Below, in pieces: positions 29,801-37,614 of a stretch of 49,817 nucleotides of DNA; within the stretch, counting starts at the first letter, position 1, and every line of letters begins with the position of its first letter. The notes beneath the pieces are model-generated. The model worked only from the letters and a program-made list of their open reading frames with translations. It did no database searches and was not told the origin of the DNA. Made by a program: the position numbers and the translations under genes. The DNA comes from Candidatus Eiseniibacteriota bacterium (GTDB lineage: Bacteria; Eisenbacteria; RBG-16-71-46; JABDJR01; JAWXBZ01), in the NCBI GenBank assembly GCA_034440375.1, contig JAWXBZ010000030.1:1-49817 (forward strand). Direction: 5' to 3'.

Positions 29801-30138
29801 ACGAATCCCTGGCGCGGGAACAGTTCCGCGAAGACCCCTACGTCGTGCCGAACCCGTACGTCAGCTCCGCTTCCTTCGAACCGGGGCGGTTTGCCGTGTC
29901 GGGCCGCGGCGATCGGCGGCTCGAGTTCCGGGGATTGCCGGCCACCTGCAGCATCCGCATCTTCACGGTGCATGGCGACCTGGTGCAGACGCTTCGCCAC
30001 GAAGGAAGCGATGACGGCTACATTCCGTGGGACCTCCGGACCAAGGACAACCTCGACGTAGCACCGGGGCTCTTTCTGTTTCATGTTGACGCCGGCCCCC
30101 TGGGCACGACCGTCGGCAAGTTTGCGATCATCAAATGA
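26851..30138 (+). CDS. Large secreted TBDR-associated protein with FN3-like domain, Dx[DN]xDG motifs and T9SS-like CTD
   Basis: GTG 26851 overlaps the TBDR stop (GTGA) behind AAGGGGGA. Signal peptide ends PAFA-Q. FN3 (YVRLSWD...FEGYRIYRS...YYYAVTAYD). C-terminus YVVPNPY...IRIFTVHGDLV...PWDL...APGLFLFHV...GKFAIIK. Confidence 0.8.
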   Translation: MTRLMGSFGSAARAAVLGAIAALTVSPAFAQVTTPVPQSQRGTSDAERSGFHDAGNIRTVFWNYGMVGDYPADPGGVDLSVFHSVEVPKGGGMNYSDGITPFVLARIIQRDGSPSYIMETGFRERQGSSPFFNRIMRFEPRPGYFEPSPSRNPGRSPAVSSDPRTWPAQWPDKLGDPDDPGWAGSWNGYFGKRIVADQESYTVMDDDYYDAWDFRPDSRDSTRHGLGLRIEVRGFQWANPQASNVIFWHYDITNEGTTDYDDNIVFGLYMDSGVGGSALSCDGIFESDDDNAFFDRTLNKDVLNLVYTWDRFGHGRDLSGNCGRTGYLGYAYMETPGNALDTVDNDLDGITNEVRDGGPGERIAGAEAIRQYVTTHYNLTNFEAEFGKLDDRPAFRAGVWYTGDEDMDWTEAVQDLGGDGLPDTDDTGEGDGIPTAGEPNFDRTDLHESDQIGLTGFKINRISAGQGNPDRTTDGVLFFTESNNWPQRLYEQFTHPDPAMRFDRPLASNYNIGFLFASGPFKLKAGKTERFSLALAYGGDLNGLRRTVKTVQQIYDANYRFAVPPPLPTATAEAGDGYVRLSWDTVAEQGADPVTGEFDFEGYRIYRSTDPEFQDPKVISTGTGAEGLGNGRPIAQFDLNDERNGFSTQTVEGVAYYLGDDTGLTHTWTDTTVTNGQAYYYAVTAYDYGSEALDFYPSENAITASRTPRGGLVLPKNVVAVRPNPRALGYVAARADTAIQIEGRGVGTVRVEVVNSDIVPADHLFKIDFNTVTPFEVRATSYALIDSTTHEVLFTDGTDFEARGIGAVGAGLLPLITTLPGVQIDPASGFRPGSPTNTRLRISYQPTLNSNLKRPGYPDDLTIEFSDTVLDTSVAGFRLPPKPARFRVIAHSPGGDRQLNFRFQDEDNSGTLNRTDERITIVTYADATPALVADTWRAELDTLGQAARGPIDPPGAGDTYDLRLLLPLGADDVFVFTTRSATINESLAREQFREDPYVVPNPYVSSASFEPGRFAVSGRGDRRLEFRGLPATCSIRIFTVHGDLVQTLRHEGSDDGYIPWDLRTKDNLDVAPGLFLFHVDAGPLGTTVGKFAIIK

Positions 30139-31154
30139 GGCGGCTGACGATGTCCCGAATGGCCCTCTCCCTGCTTTTTTTGATTCTGGCCGCCCCGGCC
30201 GGGGCTCAGAGCAAGACCGGAACGACGATAGTACAGTTCCTGAACATTGAGCCGAGCGCGAGGGTGGCCGGCATGGGGAATACCGGCGTGGCCCTGGGCA
30301 ACGATCTCCAGTCGGTGTTCTACAACCCGGCCGCACTGGGCGCGCTGGAACGAAAGAGCGCGCAGCTGAGCCACAGCGAATGGTACGGGGGGGTCAACTA
30401 CGACTATGCCGCCGCGGCGTTTCCGTTCAAGGGGCTCGGCACCTTCCTCTTAAGCGTTACGGCGTTGACGTCGGGCGATATCCTCGTCCGGACCGTCAAC
30501 GCGCCGCTCGGCACCGGCGAGCAGTACTCGGTGAACGACCTCGCGCTGGGACTCGGCTTCGGCCGCCAGATCACCAGCCGGTTCGCGGCGGGCGCCCAGT
30601 TCAACTACGCCTCGGAGACGATCTGGAATTCGTCGCTCCACATCCTGACCTTTAATGTCGGGACGGTGTACAAGTTGACTGCGGACGGGCTCAAGCTCGG
30701 CGCGTGCGTCAACAACATCGGCACCCGGACATCGCTGGATGGCCGCGACCTGGCCATCCTGTTCGATCAGGATCCGGACGCGAACGGCGACAACGGGACG
30801 CTGCCGGCCACCCAGTTCACCGACGACTTTCCGGTGCCGATCCTGTTCCGGGTCGGCGTCAGCTATCCGCGACAGCTCGGGCCGCGCAGCAAGATCGTGC
30901 TGGCCATGGATGCCTTTCACCCCAGCGACAACAGCGAGAGCGTGAGTGCGGGAGCCGAGTGGCTGTTCCGGGACACGTTTGCCCTGCGAGCCGGGTACCA
31001 GCAACTCTTTCAGACGGATTCAAACGTCGGCGTCACGCTGGGCGTGGGGCTGCGCGGTGGAATCGGATACAGCCGCTTCCACCTGGATTACGCCTGGGCC
31101 GATCATGAATTTCTAGAGGAAACGCACCGACTGACACTAGCCCTGGACTTCTGA
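30135..31154 (+). CDS. PorV/PorQ-family outer-membrane beta-barrel protein
   Basis: QFLNIEPSARVAGMG...VFYNPAAL N-terminal motif, SAGAEW...FALRAGY, LDYAW...HRLTLALDF with terminal Phe. Confidence 0.85.
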   Translation: MRRLTMSRMALSLLFLILAAPAGAQSKTGTTIVQFLNIEPSARVAGMGNTGVALGNDLQSVFYNPAALGALERKSAQLSHSEWYGGVNYDYAAAAFPFKGLGTFLLSVTALTSGDILVRTVNAPLGTGEQYSVNDLALGLGFGRQITSRFAAGAQFNYASETIWNSSLHILTFNVGTVYKLTADGLKLGACVNNIGTRTSLDGRDLAILFDQDPDANGDNGTLPATQFTDDFPVPILFRVGVSYPRQLGPRSKIVLAMDAFHPSDNSESVSAGAEWLFRDTFALRAGYQQLFQTDSNVGVTLGVGLRGGIGYSRFHLDYAWADHEFLEETHRLTLALDF

Positions 31155-31195
31155 CCTGAAGTTTTCCGGCGCGAACGCGCCACGGGAAGGACCTG

Positions 31196-32833
31196 ATGAC
31201 ACGCACCACGATTCGCTCCACGGTCTTCGGCCGTCGCCGCACCATCTGCGGCCCGCTCCTGCTCGCCCTCCTCGTAAGCGTGCTTCGCCCGGCACCGGCC
31301 TCGGCCCTGACGACCCCTGCGCTCCTGGACACGATCCAGCACACCGCATTCAACTACTTCTGGATCGAAGCCAATCCAGCCAACGGCCTGATCAAGGATC
31401 GCAGCACCACGGGTTCGCCGGCCAGCATTGCCGCCGTCGGATTCGGTCTTTCTGCCATCTGCATTGGCATTGACCATGGTTGGGTGAGCCGGGTTGACGG
31501 GCGCCAGCGCGTCCTCACGACGCTCAATACCTTCTGGACCGGACCCCAGGGAAGCGGTGTGAACGGCTTCATGGGCTACAAGGGGCTCTTCTATCACTTT
31601 CTTGACATGTCGGTCGGGGTCCGCACCTGGGACAGCGAACTGTCAAGCATTGACACCGCGTTGCTGCTCGCCGGTGCCATCGATGCCAAGCAGTATTTCA
31701 ACACCGCGGATGCCCTGGATATCCAGGTCCGGGCGCTGGTCGACTCCATCTACCGGCGGGTGGATTGGGAATTCATGCGCGCCTCCGGAGTCGGCATCCG
31801 GATGGGCTGGAAGCCGGTCACCGGCTTCAACGGCTTCGGCACCTGGACCGGCTACAACGAGGCCATGATCATGTACCTGCTCGGGCTTGGATCCCCCACC
31901 AAGCCGCCGAATCCGAACAATCCGGGATTCATGTGGAGTAGCTGGACCGCCGGCTACGACTGGCTGACCTACTACGGCTATACCTACATCCACTTTCCCC
32001 CGCTGTTCGGCCATCAGTATTCGCACTGCTGGATCGATTATCGATACATCCAGGATAATTACACGCGAAACAAGGGGATCACCTACTTCGAGAACTCGCG
32101 CCGCGCCACGTTGGCCCAATGGCAATATTGCATCGCCAATCCGGGGGGCTTTACCGGTTACGGGCCGACCCTCTGGGGGTTGACCGCCGGTGACGGCCCC
32201 AATGGCTACGCCGCGCGTGGTGCGCCACCGGCAGAGAACGACAACGGGACCATCGCGCCGACCGCCGCCATCAGCTCTCTCCCGTTCACGCCGGACGAAG
32301 TCATTCCGACGATGCACAACTTCTTCGACAACTACCCGCTGCTCTGGGGGCCGTATGGTTTCAAGGATGGCTTCAACCTGACTTCGAATCCGGATTGGTA
32401 TGGTCCTGACGTCATTGGCATTGACCAGGGTCCGATCATCATCATGATCGAGAATTACCTGAATCAGAAGGTCTGGCTCCGGTTCATGCAGAATGTGGAT
32501 GTGCAGCGCGGCCTGACCCGGGCCGGCTTCACGGCCGTGGCTGCCGTGGACGAGCTGGTCCCCCCGATTTCTCCCTTCCAGCTGTCGCAGAACAGTCCGA
32601 ATCCGTTCCGACACTCCAGCCGAATCAGCTATCGCCTGGACGAAGCCGGACTCGTGTCCCTGACGCTTTTTGACGTGATGGGACGGACCGTGAGAACGCT
32701 GGTGAATGGCCTGCAAACTTCAGGGATCCATGATGTTACGCTGGATGGGCAGGGACTACCCTCCGGAATCTACTGGTACCGGCTGAACGCCGCCGGCCGG
32801 ACGGAAACCCGGCAGGCCCTGTTGGTTCGTTGA
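31196..32833 (+). CDS. Second GH144-type beta-1,2-glucanase, with T9SS type-A-like CTD
   Basis: Same motifs as the 7533 gene (GYNEAM, PLFGHQYSH, YFENSRRATLAQ, GIDQGPI) plus LSQNSPNPF...FDVMGRTVRTLV...LPSGIYWYRL. Confidence 0.88.
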   Translation: MTRTTIRSTVFGRRRTICGPLLLALLVSVLRPAPASALTTPALLDTIQHTAFNYFWIEANPANGLIKDRSTTGSPASIAAVGFGLSAICIGIDHGWVSRVDGRQRVLTTLNTFWTGPQGSGVNGFMGYKGLFYHFLDMSVGVRTWDSELSSIDTALLLAGAIDAKQYFNTADALDIQVRALVDSIYRRVDWEFMRASGVGIRMGWKPVTGFNGFGTWTGYNEAMIMYLLGLGSPTKPPNPNNPGFMWSSWTAGYDWLTYYGYTYIHFPPLFGHQYSHCWIDYRYIQDNYTRNKGITYFENSRRATLAQWQYCIANPGGFTGYGPTLWGLTAGDGPNGYAARGAPPAENDNGTIAPTAAISSLPFTPDEVIPTMHNFFDNYPLLWGPYGFKDGFNLTSNPDWYGPDVIGIDQGPIIIMIENYLNQKVWLRFMQNVDVQRGLTRAGFTAVAAVDELVPPISPFQLSQNSPNPFRHSSRISYRLDEAGLVSLTLFDVMGRTVRTLVNGLQTSGIHDVTLDGQGLPSGIYWYRLNAAGRTETRQALLVR

Positions 32834-32928
32834 GAGTTACTTTTCTGGTCTACCTTTAGGAAGGGAGGTGCTAAGCTTCAACAGTTCTTTATGATCCGGG
32901 CAAGGGGGACTCCCTTTGCCACGCAGCC

Positions 32929-32946
32929 CATGTAAACAGTTACATG
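32929..32946. promoter_or_regulatory. Second LacI-operator-like site CATGTAAACAGTTACATG
   Basis: Core TGTAAACAGTTACA matches the 21078 operator at 12/14, with 7-bp inverted arms, directly before the AAGGAG RBS. A possible extended -10 TGCTAAGCT lies at 32869-32877. Confidence 0.65.
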
Positions 32947-32961
32947 CGAAAGGAGCACCCA

Positions 32962-33777
32962 GTGAGACATCTTGATTTCGGGCGACTTGGAGGGGTGGCG
33001 GTTCTTTTGACGGCAGCGGCTGTGATGGCGGCCCCGGTGGCACAAGCCACCCCGACGCCAACGACCGCTTCGTTGCATACCCGGATTTTCAACGACGATC
33101 CGTTTTCGACGTTGACCACTGTCAACGCCTACCCGGCATCGATCATCATCGATGACCTCAAGTTTCTCGGCGCCAGTGGCTTTGCGAATCGCCACGCATG
33201 GAGATTTTCCAACGACGGCACCAACCCGCTCGAGTTCGCCAATGGCGATCATTTCCGTTTCTGCGCCGACCTGTTGATCACGGGCGGCGGCGAGTGTGAG
33301 TCCGGTCTGCAGATTTCGCCCTGGTGGTCGCCGCTGGTGGACGGTGTCTTCAACGTCCGGACCACGGACGGAGAAATCGCCTGCTTCAACGGTCGCCTGC
33401 CCTTTTACAGCTTCACCGGAAGCCATGGCATCACCTACGCCAAGGGAAATACAATCCGCATGGAAATCATCTATGACCCCAACAGCAACACGATGGCGGA
33501 CCCGGCGACGATTGAGTACAAGGTCGTCTACCTCGCCAACTCCTATTCGAGCGGCCGCCTTCCATTCGACGAAGGAAATCCGTCCGAGGACCCGCCGCAC
33601 GGACTGTGGGGCATGTTGACCCCCGCCACCGCCGGTGGTCACCTGCAGTACTTTGTCGGCGGCTCGCCGAACGGCGGCAACGCCCGTGCCGAGTGGTCGA
33701 ACATCTGTTTCGAAGCGCTGGACACCGTGCCAGTCCAGGGTACGACCTGGAGCGCGATCAAGTCGCTGATCAACTAG
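32962..33777 (+). CDS. Secreted hypothetical protein with C-terminal TWSxIK tail
   Basis: GTG 32962 behind AAGGAG; signal peptide (…APVAQA); beta-rich body; ends VPVQGTTWSAIKSLIN. Confidence 0.8.
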   Translation: MRHLDFGRLGGVAVLLTAAAVMAAPVAQATPTPTTASLHTRIFNDDPFSTLTTVNAYPASIIIDDLKFLGASGFANRHAWRFSNDGTNPLEFANGDHFRFCADLLITGGGECESGLQISPWWSPLVDGVFNVRTTDGEIACFNGRLPFYSFTGSHGITYAKGNTIRMEIIYDPNSNTMADPATIEYKVVYLANSYSSGRLPFDEGNPSEDPPHGLWGMLTPATAGGHLQYFVGGSPNGGNARAEWSNICFEALDTVPVQGTTWSAIKSLIN

Positions 33778-33826
33778 GGTTATGACCAACCGCCGGCCTT
33801 CACGGGCCTGGCGTACAGGTAAGCGA

Positions 33827-33858
33827 GGGGGGGGGCTTCGGCCCCCCTCTTTCTCTTT
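33827..33858 (+). terminator. Intrinsic terminator
   Basis: GGGGGGC-TTCG-GCCCCCC stem with C(UUCG)G loop followed by TCTTTCTCTTT, between convergent genes. Confidence 0.8.
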
Positions 33859-33885
33859 GCTCCCGCGTAGATCGGTTGGGCGGGA

Positions 33886-34710
33886 TCAAGCCTTGACCGG
33901 CTCGAGACCTGCGATCAGCGCCGACAGGAAGGCCAGCAGCCGGGTCTCCATTCCCTTCGCCGTCTCCAGCACCTCGTCGTGGTTCAGCGGCGTCAGTGAG
34001 ATCCCGGCGGCTGGATTGACGATGGCCGAGATGCCGAGCACCTGCATGCCGGCCGCCCGGGCCGCGACCGATTCCAGAACGATTGACATGGAGACGGCAT
34101 CCGCGCCCAGCGCGCGAAGCATGCGGACTTCGCTCGGCGTTTCGTAATTCGGCCCCACCACGCCACCGAAGACGCCGCGATGAATCCGGTGCTCTCCCAT
34201 CGCGTGGGCGATTTCAAGGGCGAGCTTCAGGAGCCGCGGCGAGTAGATCGATCCCGACCCTCGCCAGGTGTCCGTCGGCAGCGCCCCGTTGCCGAGGCCA
34301 GGCAGCCGGCGCATCTGAAGGTTGATCTGGTCCTCGATCAGCATGATGTCGCCGGCCTTGAAGTGGCGGTGGATGCCGCCCGACGCCGTGGTCAGGATGA
34401 GCGTTGACACCCCGACAGCGGCCAGGACGCGAACGCCGAAAGTCACGGCTCCGGCATCAATCCCCTCGTACAGGTGCAGTCGGCCCTGCATGGCCACCAC
34501 ACGGCGTGTGCCCATTGTGCCGAGCACCAACCGCCCCTTGTGACCGATGACCGTAGGTAGGGGAAAGTCGGGGATGTCGGCGTAATCGACGGCCTGCGCC
34601 CCCACGAGCGTGTCAGCAAAAGCGCCGAGTCCGGAGCCCAGGACAACCGCCACCTCCGGTACGAATGGAACGCGGCGCTGCAGTTCGGCGACGGCGCGCT
34701 CAATCGTCAT
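33886..34710 (-). CDS. punA: Purine-nucleoside phosphorylase (trimeric NP-I type)
   Basis: VVLGSGLG, GHKGRLVLG, MQGRLHLYEG, GPNYETPSE, GADAVSMS, LNHDEV. Confidence 0.92.
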   Translation of the reverse strand: MTIERAVAELQRRVPFVPEVAVVLGSGLGAFADTLVGAQAVDYADIPDFPLPTVIGHKGRLVLGTMGTRRVVAMQGRLHLYEGIDAGAVTFGVRVLAAVGVSTLILTTASGGIHRHFKAGDIMLIEDQINLQMRRLPGLGNGALPTDTWRGSGSIYSPRLLKLALEIAHAMGEHRIHRGVFGGVVGPNYETPSEVRMLRALGADAVSMSIVLESVAARAAGMQVLGISAIVNPAAGISLTPLNHDEVLETAKGMETRLLAFLSALIAGLEPVKA

Positions 34711-35378
34711 CGGCCGGTCGGGAACAGATCAGCCGGCCTCTGGCCCCGGGCCGATGACGAGGCCAGCGCGTGCACCTTGGTTCGCAGGATGTCGACGCCG
34801 ACATGGTTCTCCACACCCTCGGGAATGATGATATCGGCGTAACGTTTCGAGGGCTCGACAAACTGCTGGTGCATCGGCCGGACGGACGCCTCGTACTGGG
34901 TCAGGACCGATTCCACCGATCGTCCCCGCTCGGTCACGTCACGGCGGAGCCGGCGAATCAGGCGCACGTCGGGATCGGTGTCGATGAAGACCTTGATGCT
35001 CATGAGCGCCCGGAGGCGCGGGTCATCCAGAACGAGAATCCCTTCCAGGACCAGGACCGAATGGCCGCCGACCCGTTCGGTCCGCGCCGAACGGGTGTGG
35101 GCCGTGTAGTCGTAGACCGGCTTCTCGACCCATCCCCCCTGCCGGAGTATGGTGAGATGATCGAACAGGAGTGCGCCGTCGAAGGAGGAGGGGTGGTCGA
35201 AGTTCTGCTTCTTGCGCTCGTCCAGTGGTAGATCGCTGAGATCGCAATAGTATGAGTCCTGGTCGATGACCTGAACCTCCTCCTGACCCAGCTCCTCGAC
35301 GATGGCATGCGCGACGCGGGTCTTGCCGGAGGCCGAGCCTCCGGCGATGCCAATGATCCAGCAGTCTGGCGGGTTCAT
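34707..35378 (-). CDS. udk: Uridine kinase
   Basis: IGIAGGSASGKT P-loop, QDSYY, NFDHP, RLIRRLRRDVTERGRS, FVEPSKRYADIIIP. Confidence 0.96.
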   Translation of the reverse strand: MNPPDCWIIGIAGGSASGKTRVAHAIVEELGQEEVQVIDQDSYYCDLSDLPLDERKKQNFDHPSSFDGALLFDHLTILRQGGWVEKPVYDYTAHTRSARTERVGGHSVLVLEGILVLDDPRLRALMSIKVFIDTDPDVRLIRRLRRDVTERGRSVESVLTQYEASVRPMHQQFVEPSKRYADIIIPEGVENHVGVDILRTKVHALASSSARGQRPADLFPTGR

Positions 35379-36775
35379 GGCGTCATCTTAGCAGGCCGTG
35401 TCGTTGATTCGAACCGGCCGGCCCGTGCCAGGACGGCATGCAGTGCCTCGCGTCCGCGTGCCATGATTTCCTTGTCTTCAAAGCCGGGAATTTGGCCCCG
35501 ATCGACGACGGCCCGCCCTTCGATGTACACCGACTCGATGTTCGTTCGATCGGCCCCGAAGACGATGCGCGTGTATGGATCGACGGCGTCGGCACACAGC
35601 GAGTGGACCCGCTCCAGGTCGAAGACGACGAAGTCGGCCCGCTTCCCCACCTCGAGGCTGCCGATCCGGTCCTCGGCATCGATGGCCAGCGCGCCCTCAC
35701 GGGTGGCCAGGGACAGTGCGTCCCGGGCGGTGAATCGATCCGGACCGTGACGCCACTTCTGAAGCAACGCCGCCAGTCGCATTTCGCCGAGCGGGTCGAG
35801 AAAGTTGTTGCAGGGCGAACCGTCGCAGCCGATGCCGACCCGGACCCCATGGCGCTTCAGTCGCTCGAGGTCGGCCACGCCGGAACCGAGTTTCAGGTTG
35901 CTGGCCGGGCAGTGGATGACGGCGGCCCCGGCTCCGCCCAGCCGCTCAGCCGTCGGATCATCGACCCAGACGCCGTGAGCCACCTTGAGCGGCACCGTCA
36001 GCGCGCCGACGTCGCGAAGCGTGTCGAGTTCGCTTCGATGCTCAACGGCCCGCACGGCCTCCTGCTCTTCACGCGTTTCGAACGCATGGGTATGGAGCGG
36101 CCAGTTCCCCCCCCTGGCCTGCGCCACTGCCCCCTCCCAGAGCGCCGGCGTACAGGAGAAGACGAATCGGGGACAGACCGCATAGCCGATGCGCCCGTTG
36201 TCCACGCCATCCCAGTGTCGGGCCAGTTCATGGCTTTCGGCCAGGATGCGATCCGGTTCGCCCAGCAGCGCCGGTGGCACGCCGTCCCCCCGGTCCATGA
36301 GCAGCTTGCCGGTCCTGGCTCGCACGCCCAGGTCGATCAGGCCCCGGAAGAGGCCGTTCATGCCATGGACGAGGCCGATGTCGAGCATGGATGTTGTGCC
36401 GGCCCGCATCGCCTCCGCTCCACCGACGACGGCCGACCAGTAGGCGGATTCGTCATCGTGGGCCGCCTCCAGCGGCCAGATAACGCCGGAGAGCCAGTCC
36501 AGCAACCGCCGGTCTTCACCGAGGCCACGAAAGAGCGTCTGGCCCAGGTGAACGTGCCCCTGGATGAAACCGGGGGTCATCCATCGGCCGGTCAGATCGA
36601 CGATGGGCGTCCCTTCGGGGGCCGAGACCTTCGGGCCAAACTGCTCGATCCGACCGTCGACGACAAACATCTCGCCTTCCACGATTCGATCGGATGGATC
36701 CATGGTGATCCAGCGGCCGCCCTTGAATACCGTGCCCCCTGGATGACTTCGGGGCCAGTGAATGCCCTCGGTCAT
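35375..36775 (-). CDS. Amidohydrolase-family nucleoside deaminase (5'-deoxyadenosine/MTA/SAH deaminase-like)
   Basis: PGFIQGHVHLGQTLFRG, LHTHAFET, AHGVW, HCPASNLKLGSG, GCDG, GSLEVGKRAD; salvage-operon context. Confidence 0.8.
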   Translation of the reverse strand: MTEGIHWPRSHPGGTVFKGGRWITMDPSDRIVEGEMFVVDGRIEQFGPKVSAPEGTPIVDLTGRWMTPGFIQGHVHLGQTLFRGLGEDRRLLDWLSGVIWPLEAAHDDESAYWSAVVGGAEAMRAGTTSMLDIGLVHGMNGLFRGLIDLGVRARTGKLLMDRGDGVPPALLGEPDRILAESHELARHWDGVDNGRIGYAVCPRFVFSCTPALWEGAVAQARGGNWPLHTHAFETREEQEAVRAVEHRSELDTLRDVGALTVPLKVAHGVWVDDPTAERLGGAGAAVIHCPASNLKLGSGVADLERLKRHGVRVGIGCDGSPCNNFLDPLGEMRLAALLQKWRHGPDRFTARDALSLATREGALAIDAEDRIGSLEVGKRADFVVFDLERVHSLCADAVDPYTRIVFGADRTNIESVYIEGRAVVDRGQIPGFEDKEIMARGREALHAVLARAGRFESTTRPAKMTP

Positions 36776-37320
36776 GCCTGGGGCAACTTGAAGACTTCCG
36801 GCTTCAGGATGCCGACATACGGCAAATTGCGGTAACGCTGCTGGTAGTCGAGTCCGTAGCCGACCAGGAATTCATTGGGCACTTCAAACCCGGTAAAGCG
36901 GATCGGCACCGGCGCCGTCCGGGCGGCCACCTTGTCGAGGAGCGCGCAGACCGCAAGGGAACGCGGGTGGCGCGTCGTCAGGTTTTCAAGCAGGTAGTTG
37001 ATGGTGAGCCCGGTGTCGATGATGTCCTCAACCAGCAGGACATCCCGCCCCTCAATGCTGACTGACACGTCCTTCAACATGCGAACGACACCCGTCGATT
37101 GTGTTCCTCCCTCGTAGGAGGAGACGGCGATGAAATCGAGGATGACATGCCGGTCGAGGGCCCGGGCCAGATCGGCAAGAAATAGCAGGCTGCCGGAGAG
37201 CACACCCAGAAGTACCAGATCCCCCTCGGGATAGGCTTCGTTGATCTCCCGGGCCATGGCCTGAATGCGATTTTGAATGTCCTTGCTGGAGTAGAGAATT
37301 CGGGCCATGTCGCCGTGCAT
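36772..37320 (-). CDS. hpt: Hypoxanthine phosphoribosyltransferase
   Basis: VLLVEDIIDTGLT PRPP loop, FLVGYGLDYQQRYRNLPY; AAGGAG RBS. Confidence 0.97.
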   Translation of the reverse strand: MHGDMARILYSSKDIQNRIQAMAREINEAYPEGDLVLLGVLSGSLLFLADLARALDRHVILDFIAVSSYEGGTQSTGVVRMLKDVSVSIEGRDVLLVEDIIDTGLTINYLLENLTTRHPRSLAVCALLDKVAARTAPVPIRFTGFEVPNEFLVGYGLDYQQRYRNLPYVGILKPEVFKLPQA

Positions 37321-37355
37321 CGAGTCTCCTTCGGTCGGCAGTGGAACGGGGGCAG

Positions 37356-37385
37356 ATCATGCCCCAGATCCCAGAGGGTTGGCAA
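37356..37385 (-). promoter_or_regulatory. Possible sigma70 promoter of the hpt operon
   Basis: TTGCCA-18 nt-CATGAT on the minus strand, within the relatively AT-rich divergent intergenic region. Confidence 0.35.
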
Positions 37386-37614
37386 TCGGGCAGGAGATGG
37401 AATCCACATGAGGACAGGCGACATAACGTGATTATATACAATGTCTTACGACACGATAATTCGGGACTCGCTGAAAATCGAATAGTCATCTCTTTGCTTG
37501 GAGCGACCTCACTAACCATGGTAGCATCATACAGTTATCGAATCAGAATCTCCTCGCCCCCAGATTGGGCTGGATCTGACAACACGCTCCACCAACTCGA
37601 AGGAGGATTCTCAG

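Noticed and set aside
37321-37614. Purine riboswitch or ncRNA upstream of hpt
   Set aside because: No purine-aptamer core (TATGG loop, TTTCTACC, CCGTAAA) on the minus strand; it looks like an AT-richer divergent promoter region. An Rfam scan would settle it.
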